From Escherichia phage KIT03, in the sequence record AP018932: DNA of 64,000 nucleotides; one strand, given 5' to 3'. Under the pieces are notes generated by a model. It worked only from the letters and a program-made list of their open reading frames with translations, was not told the DNA's origin and searched no databases. This document shows, one piece after another, positions 50,586 through 59,827 of this stretch (positions are counted from its first letter, which is position 1; every line of letters starts with the position of its first letter). Both the position numbers and the translations under genes were made by a program.

Positions 50586-51099
50586 TCTTTAACCGTTCTT
50601 CAAACTTCCGAAGAGTGTTCTGGCGTTCAGCTCTTTGCTTTTTGTAAGTTTCAATACGCTCTGAAATGAGAGTGTATCGTTCATTTACTGATTCTTTCAT
50701 AAAATCAGGAATTTCACGAGAAGCTTTAATCTCGTCAAATTTATCAATAACAGCTTGCTCTTCAGCAATTAAGTTATCATACATCAAAATATCTTTCTTG
50801 ATGAACTCAATATCTTCTTGAGTTACACGAGATAATTTAGATGCTTTATCCTTTTTGTACTGTTCGTTAGTATCACGAGACCAGTGTAATGTACGATTTT
50901 TATTCGTATTCTTATAAATTTCTACAATACCAATCTCATCAATAATAACGATCCAATTCCAACGAGATTTGTAAATTTGTCCTCCGTCAACCGTGATTTC
51001 ACCTCCGATTGAGATGTCATTAAAGAACTTGCTTTGTGCTTCAGATTTAAATTTACCATCATTGTAGTTTACTAAGTTGAAAATATCTTTAGCATTCAT
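50572..51099 (-). CDS. hypothetical protein, about 175 aa
   Basis: ATG at 51097-51099 with GGAGGA RBS. Confidence 0.5.
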   Translation of the reverse strand: MNAKDIFNLVNYNDGKFKSEAQSKFFNDISIGGEITVDGGQIYKSRWNWIVIIDEIGIVEIYKNTNKNRTLHWSRDTNEQYKKDKASKLSRVTQEDIEFIKKDILMYDNLIAEEQAVIDKFDEIKASREIPDFMKESVNERYTLISERIETYKKQRAERQNTLRKFEERLKTVLA

Positions 51100-51119
51100 T
51101 TTCTGTTCCTCCGTAGTTG

Positions 51120-51149
51120 ATAGAGTAATAATACCACAGAGGAACAGTC
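51120..51149 (-). promoter_or_regulatory. T4 early-type promoter
   Basis: GTTTAC-n18-TATTAT with TG extension. Confidence 0.5.
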
Positions 51150-51159
51150 TTGTAAACAA

Positions 51160-51462
51160 CTAAAAGAAACTTCTTTCACAATTTTTTCCACTGAACCATG
51201 CGCTCACTGCTTTCTTAGTCTCAGGAGCAGTATTATCCATAAACCATTCAAAGGCAGCCTTTTTATGATTCTGGAGGGCTTCTCGGGCTTTAATCTGCTC
51301 ACGGTCTATTAACACTAACATATGAGCCTTTCTTGTCACCATGGGCTTTGAATATTCCCAATCATTTGTCCATCGCATCGTTGTTGCGAATTGAAGTACA
51401 GCTTCTTTAATTTTAGTTTCGTAAATTTCACGAGCCTTTGAGTATAACATTACTACCTCCAT
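51160..51462 (-). CDS. hypothetical protein, 100 aa
   Basis: ORF. Confidence 0.5.
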   Translation of the reverse strand: MEVVMLYSKAREIYETKIKEAVLQFATTMRWTNDWEYSKPMVTRKAHMLVLIDREQIKAREALQNHKKAAFEWFMDNTAPETKKAVSAWFSGKNCERSFF

Positions 51463-51551
51463 TTACCAGTTTAATTCTAGTCATCTTTTTGATGGCAGTC
51501 CATATAATCTATTTCTGAACTGCCTTTTTATCTTAGAAGGCCTCTTATGAA

Positions 51552-52520
51552 TTATTTCAGAAGAGTAACCTCAGCGATTTCTTCCCAACCGTTTTTGTCG
51601 GTCATAATAAAGTCAGCAAGATAAAGAGCAGTACGCAGTGAAACATTGCGTAAACGATTAACATTGACTTTCATCCATGATAATGCTTTATAAGTTTCTT
51701 CATCAGAAAGACCGCGCTTTTGCATCATGTCAGTTGAAAGAATAACATCTTCAACCCTGACCATAATTTCTTCATTAGTGTGAACACCCAAATCCAAATA
51801 AACTGAGCGGGACACTAATGCTTGTAAATGTGGAGCAAGTTTAGTACCACGGTCTAATTCGCGGTCAATGTCAACGTTTGTGATAAAAACAATCGTTCCT
51901 TTAAATTCAAACTCACGCTCAATGCCTTTTTCTTCTAAGTAAGAAGATGCAGTGCTCCAGCAGACTTTACGGGTCTCTCCAGTGTCCAGAGCAGCTTTCA
52001 GAAGATTAAGAATGTCCATATCAGAGAAAACATCCACATCATCAATCAAAAGGACAGAATTCTCTTCACGATTATTCCAAAGCTGCTCATAAAGACCAAT
52101 ACCAGAGATTTTACCATTAATGCTTTTATATTCAATGTATCCAATATCATTTGCTTTATTTAAAGCTTTATCTAAAGAATACGTTTTACCAATACCCGCC
52201 GCACCAGAGATAATTAATGAACGAATGTTTCCGTTAATAATACCATTCGTCATCATTCCCATAACATTAAATCTTTTATTAATGCGGGTTTTCATATCTT
52301 CATATGATTCTTTAACTTCTTCAACTTTTACACCATCATATGAAATGTCTGATTTGTAAACCCAAACACCGCGACGTTTACCGTCAATTTCAACAAAAAC
52401 TTTACCATCTCCTTGTGCATCTACTGGGGCATTATCAGGGAACCACTCACCTAAGAGTTCAAAAGTTCCAGAGATTTCTTTGCCAAAGTAGATACCCTTA
52501 TTGATAGTTACAGTTTTCAT
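51552..52520 (-). CDS. P-loop ATPase (AAA-like), about 322 aa
   Basis: Walker A GAAGIGKT, Walker B LLIDDVD; ATG at 52518-52520 after GGAGAATAAA leader. Confidence 0.6.
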   Translation of the reverse strand: MKTVTINKGIYFGKEISGTFELLGEWFPDNAPVDAQGDGKVFVEIDGKRRGVWVYKSDISYDGVKVEEVKESYEDMKTRINKRFNVMGMMTNGIINGNIRSLIISGAAGIGKTYSLDKALNKANDIGYIEYKSINGKISGIGLYEQLWNNREENSVLLIDDVDVFSDMDILNLLKAALDTGETRKVCWSTASSYLEEKGIEREFEFKGTIVFITNVDIDRELDRGTKLAPHLQALVSRSVYLDLGVHTNEEIMVRVEDVILSTDMMQKRGLSDEETYKALSWMKVNVNRLRNVSLRTALYLADFIMTDKNGWEEIAEVTLLK

Positions 52521-52554
52521 TTTATTCTCCAAATCTGTATCAGTTGATAGTTGT

Positions 52555-52584
52555 ATAGTACCATAAAGCTTTATGCTTGTAAAC
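52555..52584 (-). promoter_or_regulatory. T4 early-type promoter in a promoter-stem-loop cassette
   Basis: GTTTAC-n18-TACTAT with TG extension. Confidence 0.6.
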
Positions 52585-52613
52585 AACTTTGTGAAAAATT
52601 TTTGAAATAAAAA

Positions 52614-52633
52614 AGGGAGCCCGAAGGCTCCCT
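52614..52633 (-). terminator. hairpin with UUCG loop (8-bp stem) plus U-tract
   Basis: plus agggagcc-cgaa-ggctccct. Confidence 0.6.
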
Positions 52634-52634
52634 A

Positions 52635-53648
52635 TCATTTATAATAACTTCGATGGTTTTCAAGATAGACCTTCTCAAGGAAGTCATCCCAGAAACCCAT
52701 GTCTACTTTTTGCTGCATACCGTTCTTAGAAGCTTCAGTAGATGCTGCTTCTACTTGATCGACCACATCTTCCAAAAACTCTTGAACTGTTTTAAATGGA
52801 TGTTTACCCAACTTCACGTCGAGAATAAATGGAGCGTCTTGAAGTGGATAAACTAAGTCACCAGTTTTGTAAATTTCCAATAGTTGAAGTCCACCACGAC
52901 AGGCATGGCTCAGAGCTTTCCAGTCAATACCTTCATTGGCTTCGGCCTTACGAGCACGTTCACCATATTCAGCATCTAATTTGTTCAGTGACTGCTTAAG
53001 CTCAATAAGAGAAAGCGTTGTCTGATATTTACGACCCAACACAGTGTAGAACGTTTGTGGACCTGTTTTCTCATGATTATGGAACACCCATTCACAGAAT
53101 TCGTTTTCTGGAAGACGATGCTTAATATCTTCAATTTTAGTGCGACGTTGTCCTTGTGTTCCATCTTCTCGGTAGACATTCCGTTGATCAGGAATTTGAT
53201 TAATTACTTTCAACACATCACGTAATGCAGCTAGACGAGAACCTTTAACACCATATTTAGAAGCTTGCTTGCGAACATATCCTAAATAGGATTTCATGTT
53301 AGTCGTATAAAAACGAGAACGGTTGTCTTGAATAAACTTCCACACATCAGGCAAATCAGATTTAACTACTAGCTCAGGTGGAGTGTGAAGCATATCCAAT
53401 GCTACGGTTTCACCATCTGCTGCTAATTTAAAGAAATACTTAAGACTATACAATTCATGGTCAATATCATCTTTAGTGTTTTTAGATGATGTGTTGTTAG
53501 TGTTTTTACTCATATGCTCTTTAACATTTCCGATAAGAATATCGCGAGCAGGAGGAACAAAAATTTCTTTAAAATCTACATCAGATTCTGGGGTAGAAGT
53601 TCCATAAAGATGACTACCAAAATAGCTTTTCATTACTGTTTTCATCAT
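52635..53648 (-). CDS. predicted nucleotidyltransferase (Pol-beta-like fold), 337 aa
   Basis: N-terminal GS...SDVDF motif (YFGSHLYGTSTPESDVDF). Confidence 0.55.
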   Translation of the reverse strand: MMKTVMKSYFGSHLYGTSTPESDVDFKEIFVPPARDILIGNVKEHMSKNTNNTSSKNTKDDIDHELYSLKYFFKLAADGETVALDMLHTPPELVVKSDLPDVWKFIQDNRSRFYTTNMKSYLGYVRKQASKYGVKGSRLAALRDVLKVINQIPDQRNVYREDGTQGQRRTKIEDIKHRLPENEFCEWVFHNHEKTGPQTFYTVLGRKYQTTLSLIELKQSLNKLDAEYGERARKAEANEGIDWKALSHACRGGLQLLEIYKTGDLVYPLQDAPFILDVKLGKHPFKTVQEFLEDVVDQVEAASTEASKNGMQQKVDMGFWDDFLEKVYLENHRSYYK

Positions 53649-54106
53649 TCAGCCTTATATTCAATAACAGGACATACTTTAGCTTTACGAGCTTTTAAAA
53701 ATTCAACGATAATCGATTTCTTGGGTTGAATAGGAGGTAAACCTTTATTTTTCCTATCAATGTTTTCTACGTGTAAAGCATAATCCTTTTTCCATTTATA
53801 ATCTTTATATTTTTCACGCAAATGTACAGGAATAACAAATGAACTGATAATAAGTAAAACAACCAAAAGCGCAAGTATAAATGCTGATGGAAGCAAAGTC
53901 CATAAACTACCGAAAATAAGCCAACGCTGTAGGCTTTCTGCACAAATAATTGTTAGCCCTACGAGTATAGCACACCCGAAAATAGAAACGAAAAATGTAG
54001 GAATGGCAATAGACCAAAAATATGCGCATAGTGTCTTAGGTCGTTGCCATTCATCGTTAAACAATTTGAATAATTTATAGTGCCAAGAGTTTTCATTAAT
54101 AATCAT
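53645..54106 (-). CDS. membrane protein, 153 aa
   Basis: two long hydrophobic segments. Confidence 0.5.
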   Translation of the reverse strand: MIINENSWHYKLFKLFNDEWQRPKTLCAYFWSIAIPTFFVSIFGCAILVGLTIICAESLQRWLIFGSLWTLLPSAFILALLVVLLIISSFVIPVHLREKYKDYKWKKDYALHVENIDRKNKGLPPIQPKKSIIVEFLKARKAKVCPVIEYKAE

Positions 54107-54108
54107 AA

Positions 54109-54630
54109 TTATCCTTTCATTGAAGGCGTAACGGTTGTTAAATACTTAATCATAGCTTCAGCTTCTGATTTTGATAATGAAATTTCTCCATTGTTTTGAC
54201 GAATAGAAATAAAATCCGGATGACGGTCACCACCAGCTTTTAAAACACACATATAAGTATCAACTTCGCCTTCAATATTTGAAATGATTGAAGCAGTTCC
54301 ACATGAATGTGGTTTTTGATAAATCAATGCAGCTTTTCTTCCACCGTTTGACTGTTCATAAACTTTTAACACATCAAACAAATCGCTTCTTTTATCAATA
54401 GCTAAGATGTTGTTTTCATCTTCAATGTTAAATCCTTCGGATACTTCATAAAGTGTCACCCATAAATCACCTATATCGATAGTAGCATTTCCTTTTCCAC
54501 GACTTTCAAGAATATGACAAATTTTCTTGATTTCGTCATAACTCATTTTAATAATATCATCTCCTTGAATAAGGAAGATGTCATTTTTAAATTCAACACG
54601 AATTAAACCACTTCCACTTGAAATAAACAT
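54109..54630 (-). CDS. hypothetical protein, 173 aa, paralog of next gene
   Basis: C-terminal SEAEAMIKYLTTVTPSMKG resembles DEAIALKTYLDSVIPTMISK. Confidence 0.5.
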   Translation of the reverse strand: MFISSGSGLIRVEFKNDIFLIQGDDIIKMSYDEIKKICHILESRGKGNATIDIGDLWVTLYEVSEGFNIEDENNILAIDKRSDLFDVLKVYEQSNGGRKAALIYQKPHSCGTASIISNIEGEVDTYMCVLKAGGDRHPDFISIRQNNGEISLSKSEAEAMIKYLTTVTPSMKG

Positions 54631-54636
54631 ATTTCC

Positions 54637-55194
54637 TCACTTTGAAATCATAGTTGGAATGACAGAATCAAGATAAGTCTTTAGCGCAATAGCTTCGTCT
54701 TTGGTAAATGTGACAATATGCGATCGAAAATCATCAATTTGACGAATAGTTAAGACATCTCCATCTTCATAACATTTTGATACGTTTAAAACAGTTTCAT
54801 CATTCTGATTGCAAGCGTTAGTAATAATAGCATTGCAATTTTTAAACCATTTTAAACTATGTTTTCTTTCATTAGAATAATAAAAATATTTAATCTTATC
54901 TATAAAACTGTCCCAATGAATAACTGATAGGCATATTGACTCGCTTTCAATATTAAATCCTGGGCATGAAGAATAAAAATGAATTTTATGCTCATCATTA
55001 ATGCTTACAATTTTATCAGTATAAGGATTTTCAATTTGGGTTAAATGAATGATTTCACTAGGCGTAAAATACATCATATCATCTTCTTGCGTCAAACGAT
55101 ACATATTATTTACTTTTTCTATAGCTAATTCACCAAAAAGTGAACTAACTTCTAATACTAATCGTTTCATATTGATTCTCTTCGACTCACTCAC
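54637..55194 (-). CDS. hypothetical protein, 185 aa, paralog of previous gene
   Basis: shared C-terminal motif; probable GTG start with AGGAG RBS. Confidence 0.5.
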   Translation of the reverse strand: MSESKRINMKRLVLEVSSLFGELAIEKVNNMYRLTQEDDMMYFTPSEIIHLTQIENPYTDKIVSINDEHKIHFYSSCPGFNIESESICLSVIHWDSFIDKIKYFYYSNERKHSLKWFKNCNAIITNACNQNDETVLNVSKCYEDGDVLTIRQIDDFRSHIVTFTKDEAIALKTYLDSVIPTMISK

Positions 55195-55361
55195 AATTAC
55201 ATACTCCTTTGAATAATATCAATAATGTTGTTCACCAGATTATAAGTAAACATTGGGTAATTATATTGAATCATCACATACACAACAAACAAAACTTTCA
55301 TTCTCTTCTCCTTGGCAGTTGACAAGATTACTATATCATAACCTTGCCAACTTGTAAACCA

Positions 55362-55535
55362 TTAAATGACGTTTTCAATAAAATTCTGAAGCTTTGTGTG
55401 AGCATCAACCATGATTTTCATTTCTTCCTTTGCGAAAGCTGTACCTCTTTCCCGAGCAGAATACTCATAGTCAGAAACTGCATTAGCATATTCTTCAATT
55501 AGCTTCATTAAAAACATCTGCTTTTCAGTTTTCAT
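55362..55535 (-). CDS. small hypothetical protein, 57 aa
   Basis: hand-translated MKTEKQMFLMKLIEEYANAV...; GGTGG RBS. Confidence 0.4.
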   Translation of the reverse strand: MKTEKQMFLMKLIEEYANAVSDYEYSARERGTAFAKEEMKIMVDAHTKLQNFIENVI

Positions 55536-55719
55536 TATTCCACCTAATCATTTCAAGATATTGAACTAACTTAGCTTTGGATTTATCCAAATCCTTTTTA
55601 GCTGCTTCTATACCGTCGTATGAATATCCTTCACAATGCTCAACTGCTAATTGGTATGAATCTATTTCAATATCACGTGCTAATTTAATGATTTTTTCAA
55701 ACTGTTCACGTGTTAGCAT
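55525..55719 (-). CDS. hypothetical protein, 64 aa
   Basis: ORF. Confidence 0.45.
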   Translation of the reverse strand: MLTREQFEKIIKLARDIEIDSYQLAVEHCEGYSYDGIEAAKKDLDKSKAKLVQYLEMIRWNNEN

Positions 55720-55721
55720 AA

Positions 55722-55904
55722 TTAAACTCTCGTATTATGATCGATAATTTCATCAAGAAACATATCTAACGCTTCTAAAGCATTATCAACTTTAGCTTCA
55801 AGTTCTTCAATACCTGATAAGGCAAAGTTAATGCGTTCCTCATCTGCTTTGCGAATTGAAGCCACTAATTCCTTGATTTTATCCGCTTGCTCTACACTAA
55901 TCAT
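55722..55904 (-). CDS. hypothetical protein, about 60 aa
   Basis: internal Met start. Confidence 0.4.
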   Translation of the reverse strand: MISVEQADKIKELVASIRKADEERINFALSGIEELEAKVDNALEALDMFLDEIIDHNTRV

Positions 55905-56092
55905 TATTCCACCACATATGAAAGAGAGAATATTGCACACGCCATATGAGTTGCAGCTTCATCACACATACTATAGCGTTTCTTAAGAAATTCTACAAGT
56001 TCTTCACTAGTAACTTCATCCATGTCGACGAAAAAATCACCATTAATGATGACGTAGATGTTTCCTTCTTGATTGAGTGCTTCAATTTTCAT
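55904..56092 (-). CDS. hypothetical protein, about 62 aa
   Basis: ATG at 56090-56092 with GAGGAG RBS. Confidence 0.45.
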   Translation of the reverse strand: MKIEALNQEGNIYVIINGDFFVDMDEVTSEELVEFLKKRYSMCDEAATHMACAIFSLSYVVE

Positions 56093-56120
56093 GATGTTCT
56101 CCTCTTTATCCGATAGTTGT

Positions 56121-56150
56121 ATAGTATCACAGCTCAAACGGAAAGTAAAC
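56121..56150 (-). promoter_or_regulatory. T4 early-type promoter
   Basis: GTTTAC-n18-TACTAT with TG extension. Confidence 0.55.
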
Positions 56151-56166
56151 CGGTAAAATGAAAAAA

Positions 56167-56182
56167 GTCTCCCGAAGGAGAC
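56167..56182 (-). terminator. hairpin with UUCG loop plus U-tract
   Basis: plus gtctcc-cgaa-ggagac. Confidence 0.55.
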
Positions 56183-56187
56183 TAATG

Positions 56188-56574
56188 TTATTCGAGGGAA
56201 AGAAGATACTTACTCTGATAAAACATCCCAGTAATATCATCTATCGTGCTTTGAATGGCTGGAGGCATTTCTTTATAAATGCTGTTAGATTGGTCTAGTA
56301 TGCGATCAATCATTTTAATTGTGTCGGTAGGAAGTTTACTGGCATCTGGAATTGAAGGTGTGTATTTTCTACCAGAATACCCCAAATATTGCTCACCAAA
56401 TTTATCAATCAAATCTGGCAACTCGGAGAAAATAAAATCGTATGCTTTATGTCTAGCATAACTTTTAGTTTCAAAATGTGCAGAATGAAAATAAGCTTGT
56501 GCAGCCATTAATAAACCTAAGTATTCATCTGCCTTTGAAGGTTTTCCACTTTGTGAAAAGTCGCTGAATTTCAT
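56188..56574 (-). CDS. hypothetical protein, 128 aa
   Basis: ORF. Confidence 0.5.
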   Translation of the reverse strand: MKFSDFSQSGKPSKADEYLGLLMAAQAYFHSAHFETKSYARHKAYDFIFSELPDLIDKFGEQYLGYSGRKYTPSIPDASKLPTDTIKMIDRILDQSNSIYKEMPPAIQSTIDDITGMFYQSKYLLSLE

Positions 56575-56864
56575 TCAGTCTCCAATTTAATGTTCATAAT
56601 TCTAGCGTATGATTGTGCCATCTCCGCGCCTCGCTCTATACATTCAAAATCAGAAGAGCACGGGTCATTTTTATAGGTCGTTCTCATAAAACTATAGAAT
56701 TGTTCAGACGATTCTACGCTTTTATTTTCAAAAAGCATATAAACGTGCCTAATACCAGATTCCATAAATTTATCAAAATGAGGATCGACATTCGCTTCAA
56801 TCGATGGAGATAAAACAAATGACAATCCTAGCATGGCAAAAAGTGCCGTTGCTTTTAAGGCCAT
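56571..56864 (-). CDS. rI: lysis inhibition regulator RI-like periplasmic protein
   Basis: 97 aa with N-terminal signal anchor; position upstream of tk as in T4. Confidence 0.55.
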   Translation of the reverse strand: MALKATALFAMLGLSFVLSPSIEANVDPHFDKFMESGIRHVYMLFENKSVESSEQFYSFMRTTYKNDPCSSDFECIERGAEMAQSYARIMNIKLETE

Positions 56865-56876
56865 AAAGGCCTCCTA

Positions 56877-57089
56877 TCATTTTTGTCCTGTATTTACTTT
56901 ATGCCGATGCACGGCCTTAACTTTATCAAGGTATTTTTCAAAATTTCGCAATCTAGTATAGTCTGCCGGAGATTGGTTGAGTGATACTTCTCGACGCAAA
57001 GCTGAAATGATATTTCCAACTTCCCTACGAATTTCATCTAATTGAAGAACAGTAAGATTGCGAAGTTGCTTTTCAGTTAATTGTAGCAT
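56877..57089 (-). CDS. hypothetical protein, 70 aa
   Basis: ORF with AAAGGGG RBS. Confidence 0.5.
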
Positions 57090-57114
57090 ATATACCCCTT
57101 TAGTTAGATAAACC

Positions 57115-57122
57115 TATTTATA
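57115..57122 (-). promoter_or_regulatory. late promoter TATAAATA
   Basis: exact TATAAATA on minus strand about 26 nt upstream of the 57089 ATG. Confidence 0.55.
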
Positions 57123-57131
57123 ACTTTTGCA

Positions 57132-57713
57132 CTAACCGAGCTTTTTAGTTAATTCATTCCAATGTTTTCTACACAAAGAAACATAAATTTCATCACCAAT
57201 ACAGATTTGATTACCTTCTTTAACTGGTGTTCCATCTTCCATTAATCGAGCTGTCATAATCGCTTTTTTGCCACAATGACAAACTGCTTTTAGTTCAATA
57301 AGTTTATCAGCAATCGCTAAAAGTTCTTTAGAACCTTCAAATAATTTTCCGGCGAAATCAGTCCTTAATCCATAAGCCATAACAGGAACATTATATGTAT
57401 CAACAATTCGACTCAATTGATGCACTTGTTCAGTTTTTAAAAACTGAGCTTCATCTACAAATACACAATGAATATCTTTTTGTGCTTCAGCCCATTTATA
57501 GAACTCGAAAATATCCATATCATCTGTAATAATATTCGCTTCCTGTTTAATTCCAATGCGAGAAACGACTTCACAGACAGAATCGCGAGTATCAATAGCA
57601 GGCTTAAGAACTAATACACCCATTCCGCGTTCTTTATAATTATGCGCAGCAGTCAAAAGAGAAGCAGATTTTCCAGCATTCATTGCTGCATAAGTAAAAA
57701 TTAAACTCGCCAT
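57132..57713 (-). CDS. tk: thymidine kinase
   Basis: 193 aa equals recalled T4 Tk length; Walker A AMNAGKSA, C-terminal zinc cysteines. Confidence 0.85.
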   Translation of the reverse strand: MASLIFTYAAMNAGKSASLLTAAHNYKERGMGVLVLKPAIDTRDSVCEVVSRIGIKQEANIITDDMDIFEFYKWAEAQKDIHCVFVDEAQFLKTEQVHQLSRIVDTYNVPVMAYGLRTDFAGKLFEGSKELLAIADKLIELKAVCHCGKKAIMTARLMEDGTPVKEGNQICIGDEIYVSLCRKHWNELTKKLG

Positions 57714-57722
57714 ATCACCTTC

Positions 57723-57908
57723 TTAAAGCGTATTCACATAAGCTATTAATTCATTTTCTTTCTTATCAAACCGATCAGCAAATTCTTCCTGCTGTTCAGG
57801 AGATAGCGGGCCGTATTCATCATAAAAGGTGTTTGCTTCTGTATGCTCATCTAGAAGTTCATGGATAAGCTCAAACAATTTATCTTTTTGTTCTTTGCTT
57901 AGGCTCAC
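57723..57908 (-). CDS. hypothetical protein, 61 aa
   Basis: ORF. Confidence 0.45.
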   Translation of the reverse strand: MSLSKEQKDKLFELIHELLDEHTEANTFYDEYGPLSPEQQEEFADRFDKKENELIAYVNTL

Positions 57909-58077
57909 AGTATGTCAATCCCCAAAAGTTTTAAAATGACTCGTTTCTGATTCATAACCGCTACGATTGAATGACCGTTGGGGTCTTTTTGACCTGATCC
58001 AATTATAAATCCTTTTTGCGCAGAAAGTTTAATCAAAACATCAAGTTCACGTAATAATTGATATTTTAAATCATCAT

Positions 58078-58305
58078 TCATTTTGGTTTACCTTCTTTAA
58101 CGAAATCAGGATAAGGATAAAATCCTGAATAAAATCCTTCACCTTTATGATTGATGCATCTTTTATTAGAACAATAGCACCAATAATCGAAATCACAAGC
58201 CATTTCATCATTACATAAAGCAAAAACAACAGGCCACTTACACTTTTCACAGTGGGCATTTTTAAGAATACTAGTTTGGCTCATAACCATGTAACCTTTA
58301 AGCAA
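58078..58305 (-). CDS. cysteine-rich small protein, 75 aa
   Basis: multiple CxxC-like pairs. Confidence 0.45.
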   Translation of the reverse strand: MLKGYMVMSQTSILKNAHCEKCKWPVVFALCNDEMACDFDYWCYCSNKRCINHKGEGFYSGFYPYPDFVKEGKPK

Positions 58306-58493
58306 TATTCTTCTACATGTTGTTTACGACCTTTCTTATCAATAAAGGTATATTCAACGAATGTTCCAATGTAGTCTTTATCTACATCATGTGGACTATT
58401 AATTGGACATTTAGTACGGCAAATGCGTTCCCATTGACGAATAATTACTGCTTTGTTTTTAGGATCAAACGGATGTGGGTAATGCACTTTCAT
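58281..58493 (-). CDS. hypothetical protein, 70 aa
   Basis: ORF. Confidence 0.45.
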   Translation of the reverse strand: MKVHYPHPFDPKNKAVIIRQWERICRTKCPINSPHDVDKDYIGTFVEYTFIDKKGRKQHVEEYCLKVTWL

Positions 58494-58944
58494 AATCCAC
58501 CACTATTAAATCAATATCAGGAGTAAACATGTCGATTAATTTAGAAACCTTATCCCAATCGCCGCCAGCAATACCACAACCTATGCGTGGAATGTAAATT
58601 ACCGGTTTAAACAAAAGGGTTTCTGCCTGTAGATTTAATTCTATCATGCAGTTTACTAAAGCACCATAATCAAGATTAGGACCTGGTTCGTATTGCGTAT
58701 ACAAGTTATAACATATGCCAAAACCATTAGGTTTATGTTTAAAAACAATAGACATATCGCCTAATTTATCACGAGAACCGTACTCAGTAGTGGTTTTATC
58801 TATTTCTAAAATTTTGGGATAGGCTCTTGCTAATTGACCAGCTACACCACTGCCCATTGTATGAAAACAGTTACACCCGTGCGCAATAATATTACCTTCA
58901 AGAAAGAGGGCGACAATATCGCCCTTGATATATTTTACAATCAT
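58465..58944 (-). CDS. macro-domain protein (ADP-ribose binding/hydrolase fold), 159 aa
   Basis: N-terminal GCNCFHTMGSGVAGQL glycine-rich motif typical of macro domains. Confidence 0.55.
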   Translation of the reverse strand: MIVKYIKGDIVALFLEGNIIAHGCNCFHTMGSGVAGQLARAYPKILEIDKTTTEYGSRDKLGDMSIVFKHKPNGFGICYNLYTQYEPGPNLDYGALVNCMIELNLQAETLLFKPVIYIPRIGCGIAGGDWDKVSKLIDMFTPDIDLIVVDYESALPTSV

Positions 58945-59282
58945 CTAGTACTCAATCCTCGATTATAAGAATCTACCAAACGGTCAACCATTGAATGACA
59001 AGCGGCTTTATCTTTCTCCTCCGCAACTGAACATTCTAAGGTATTCCACTTTTTAGCATATCGTTTTAACAATGTATCATTTTTGTATCTGCTTGATTTA
59101 TCTCTTTCTCCGTCTTTATATGCATATATTAATTTCTGCGCAAATTCAGCTTGACATGCTTTATTTTTCCCGCAATAATCCGCTGCAGTACGGTTTACAT
59201 ATTCTCTAATTTCAGTATATGATGTATCTGCTAACGCAGAAAATGAAATTAATCCTATACATAAAACCAAAATTTTAGTCAT
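58941..59282 (-). CDS. secreted protein, 113 aa
   Basis: cleavable signal peptide; conserved Cys pairs. Confidence 0.5.
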   Translation of the reverse strand: MTKILVLCIGLISFSALADTSYTEIREYVNRTAADYCGKNKACQAEFAQKLIYAYKDGERDKSSRYKNDTLLKRYAKKWNTLECSVAEEKDKAACHSMVDRLVDSYNRGLSTR

Positions 59283-59820
59283 TTACTATTTCCAAAAGTT
59301 TATTATTTTTAAGGTAATTAGCCTTTTCTAGGACTTCAGAAGCATATTTAGAACCTGCTTTAACATTCCATCCCGAATTATAAGAGGATATTGCTTTTCT
59401 TATATCGCCCTTATGTATATTTAACCAATAAGAAAGTTCAATGTACGCCCAGGAAGCTGAATTGGATCGTTTATTCAACATTCTTTTTATTTCAGCATCG
59501 GTCATATTATAACCAAGTTCCTTAACTCTTGCTCGCATAGTAGGCAAATAATTTTGGAACATTCCGTAGGCGTGATGCTTTGGTTTAGATTTTAAATTAA
59601 CTCCACCAGAGCTTTCTTGCCATAAAATAGCAGCCATTATATGACCTAATCCGCTCTTGTGGATATTTTTGTGTGTTTTATATTTTCCATCCTTAGAAAA
59701 CTGTTCCCCGAATTGATACGCGTAACGCATGTTATCGAGTTGGACATTACTGAAAGTATGCTCGGAGCTATGTGCCATCATAGAAATGGCCAATAGACCA
59801 GCGAGTAGTGCTTTTCTCAT
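59275..59820 (-). CDS. secreted lytic transglycosylase-like protein, 181 aa
   Basis: signal peptide; WQESSGG and GMFQ motifs. Confidence 0.55.
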   Translation of the reverse strand: MRKALLAGLLAISMMAHSSEHTFSNVQLDNMRYAYQFGEQFSKDGKYKTHKNIHKSGLGHIMAAILWQESSGGVNLKSKPKHHAYGMFQNYLPTMRARVKELGYNMTDAEIKRMLNKRSNSASWAYIELSYWLNIHKGDIRKAISSYNSGWNVKAGSKYASEVLEKANYLKNNKLLEIVND

Positions 59821-59827
59821 GTTTACC

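Noticed and set aside
7803-56137. N-terminal extensions in the ORF track (starts at 6091, 7841, 16497, 25372, 48179, 51159, 52586, 56137).
   Set aside because: The extended starts are TTG/GTG or upstream ATG codons lying inside or upstream of promoter elements; ATG codons with good RBSs further downstream were used instead.
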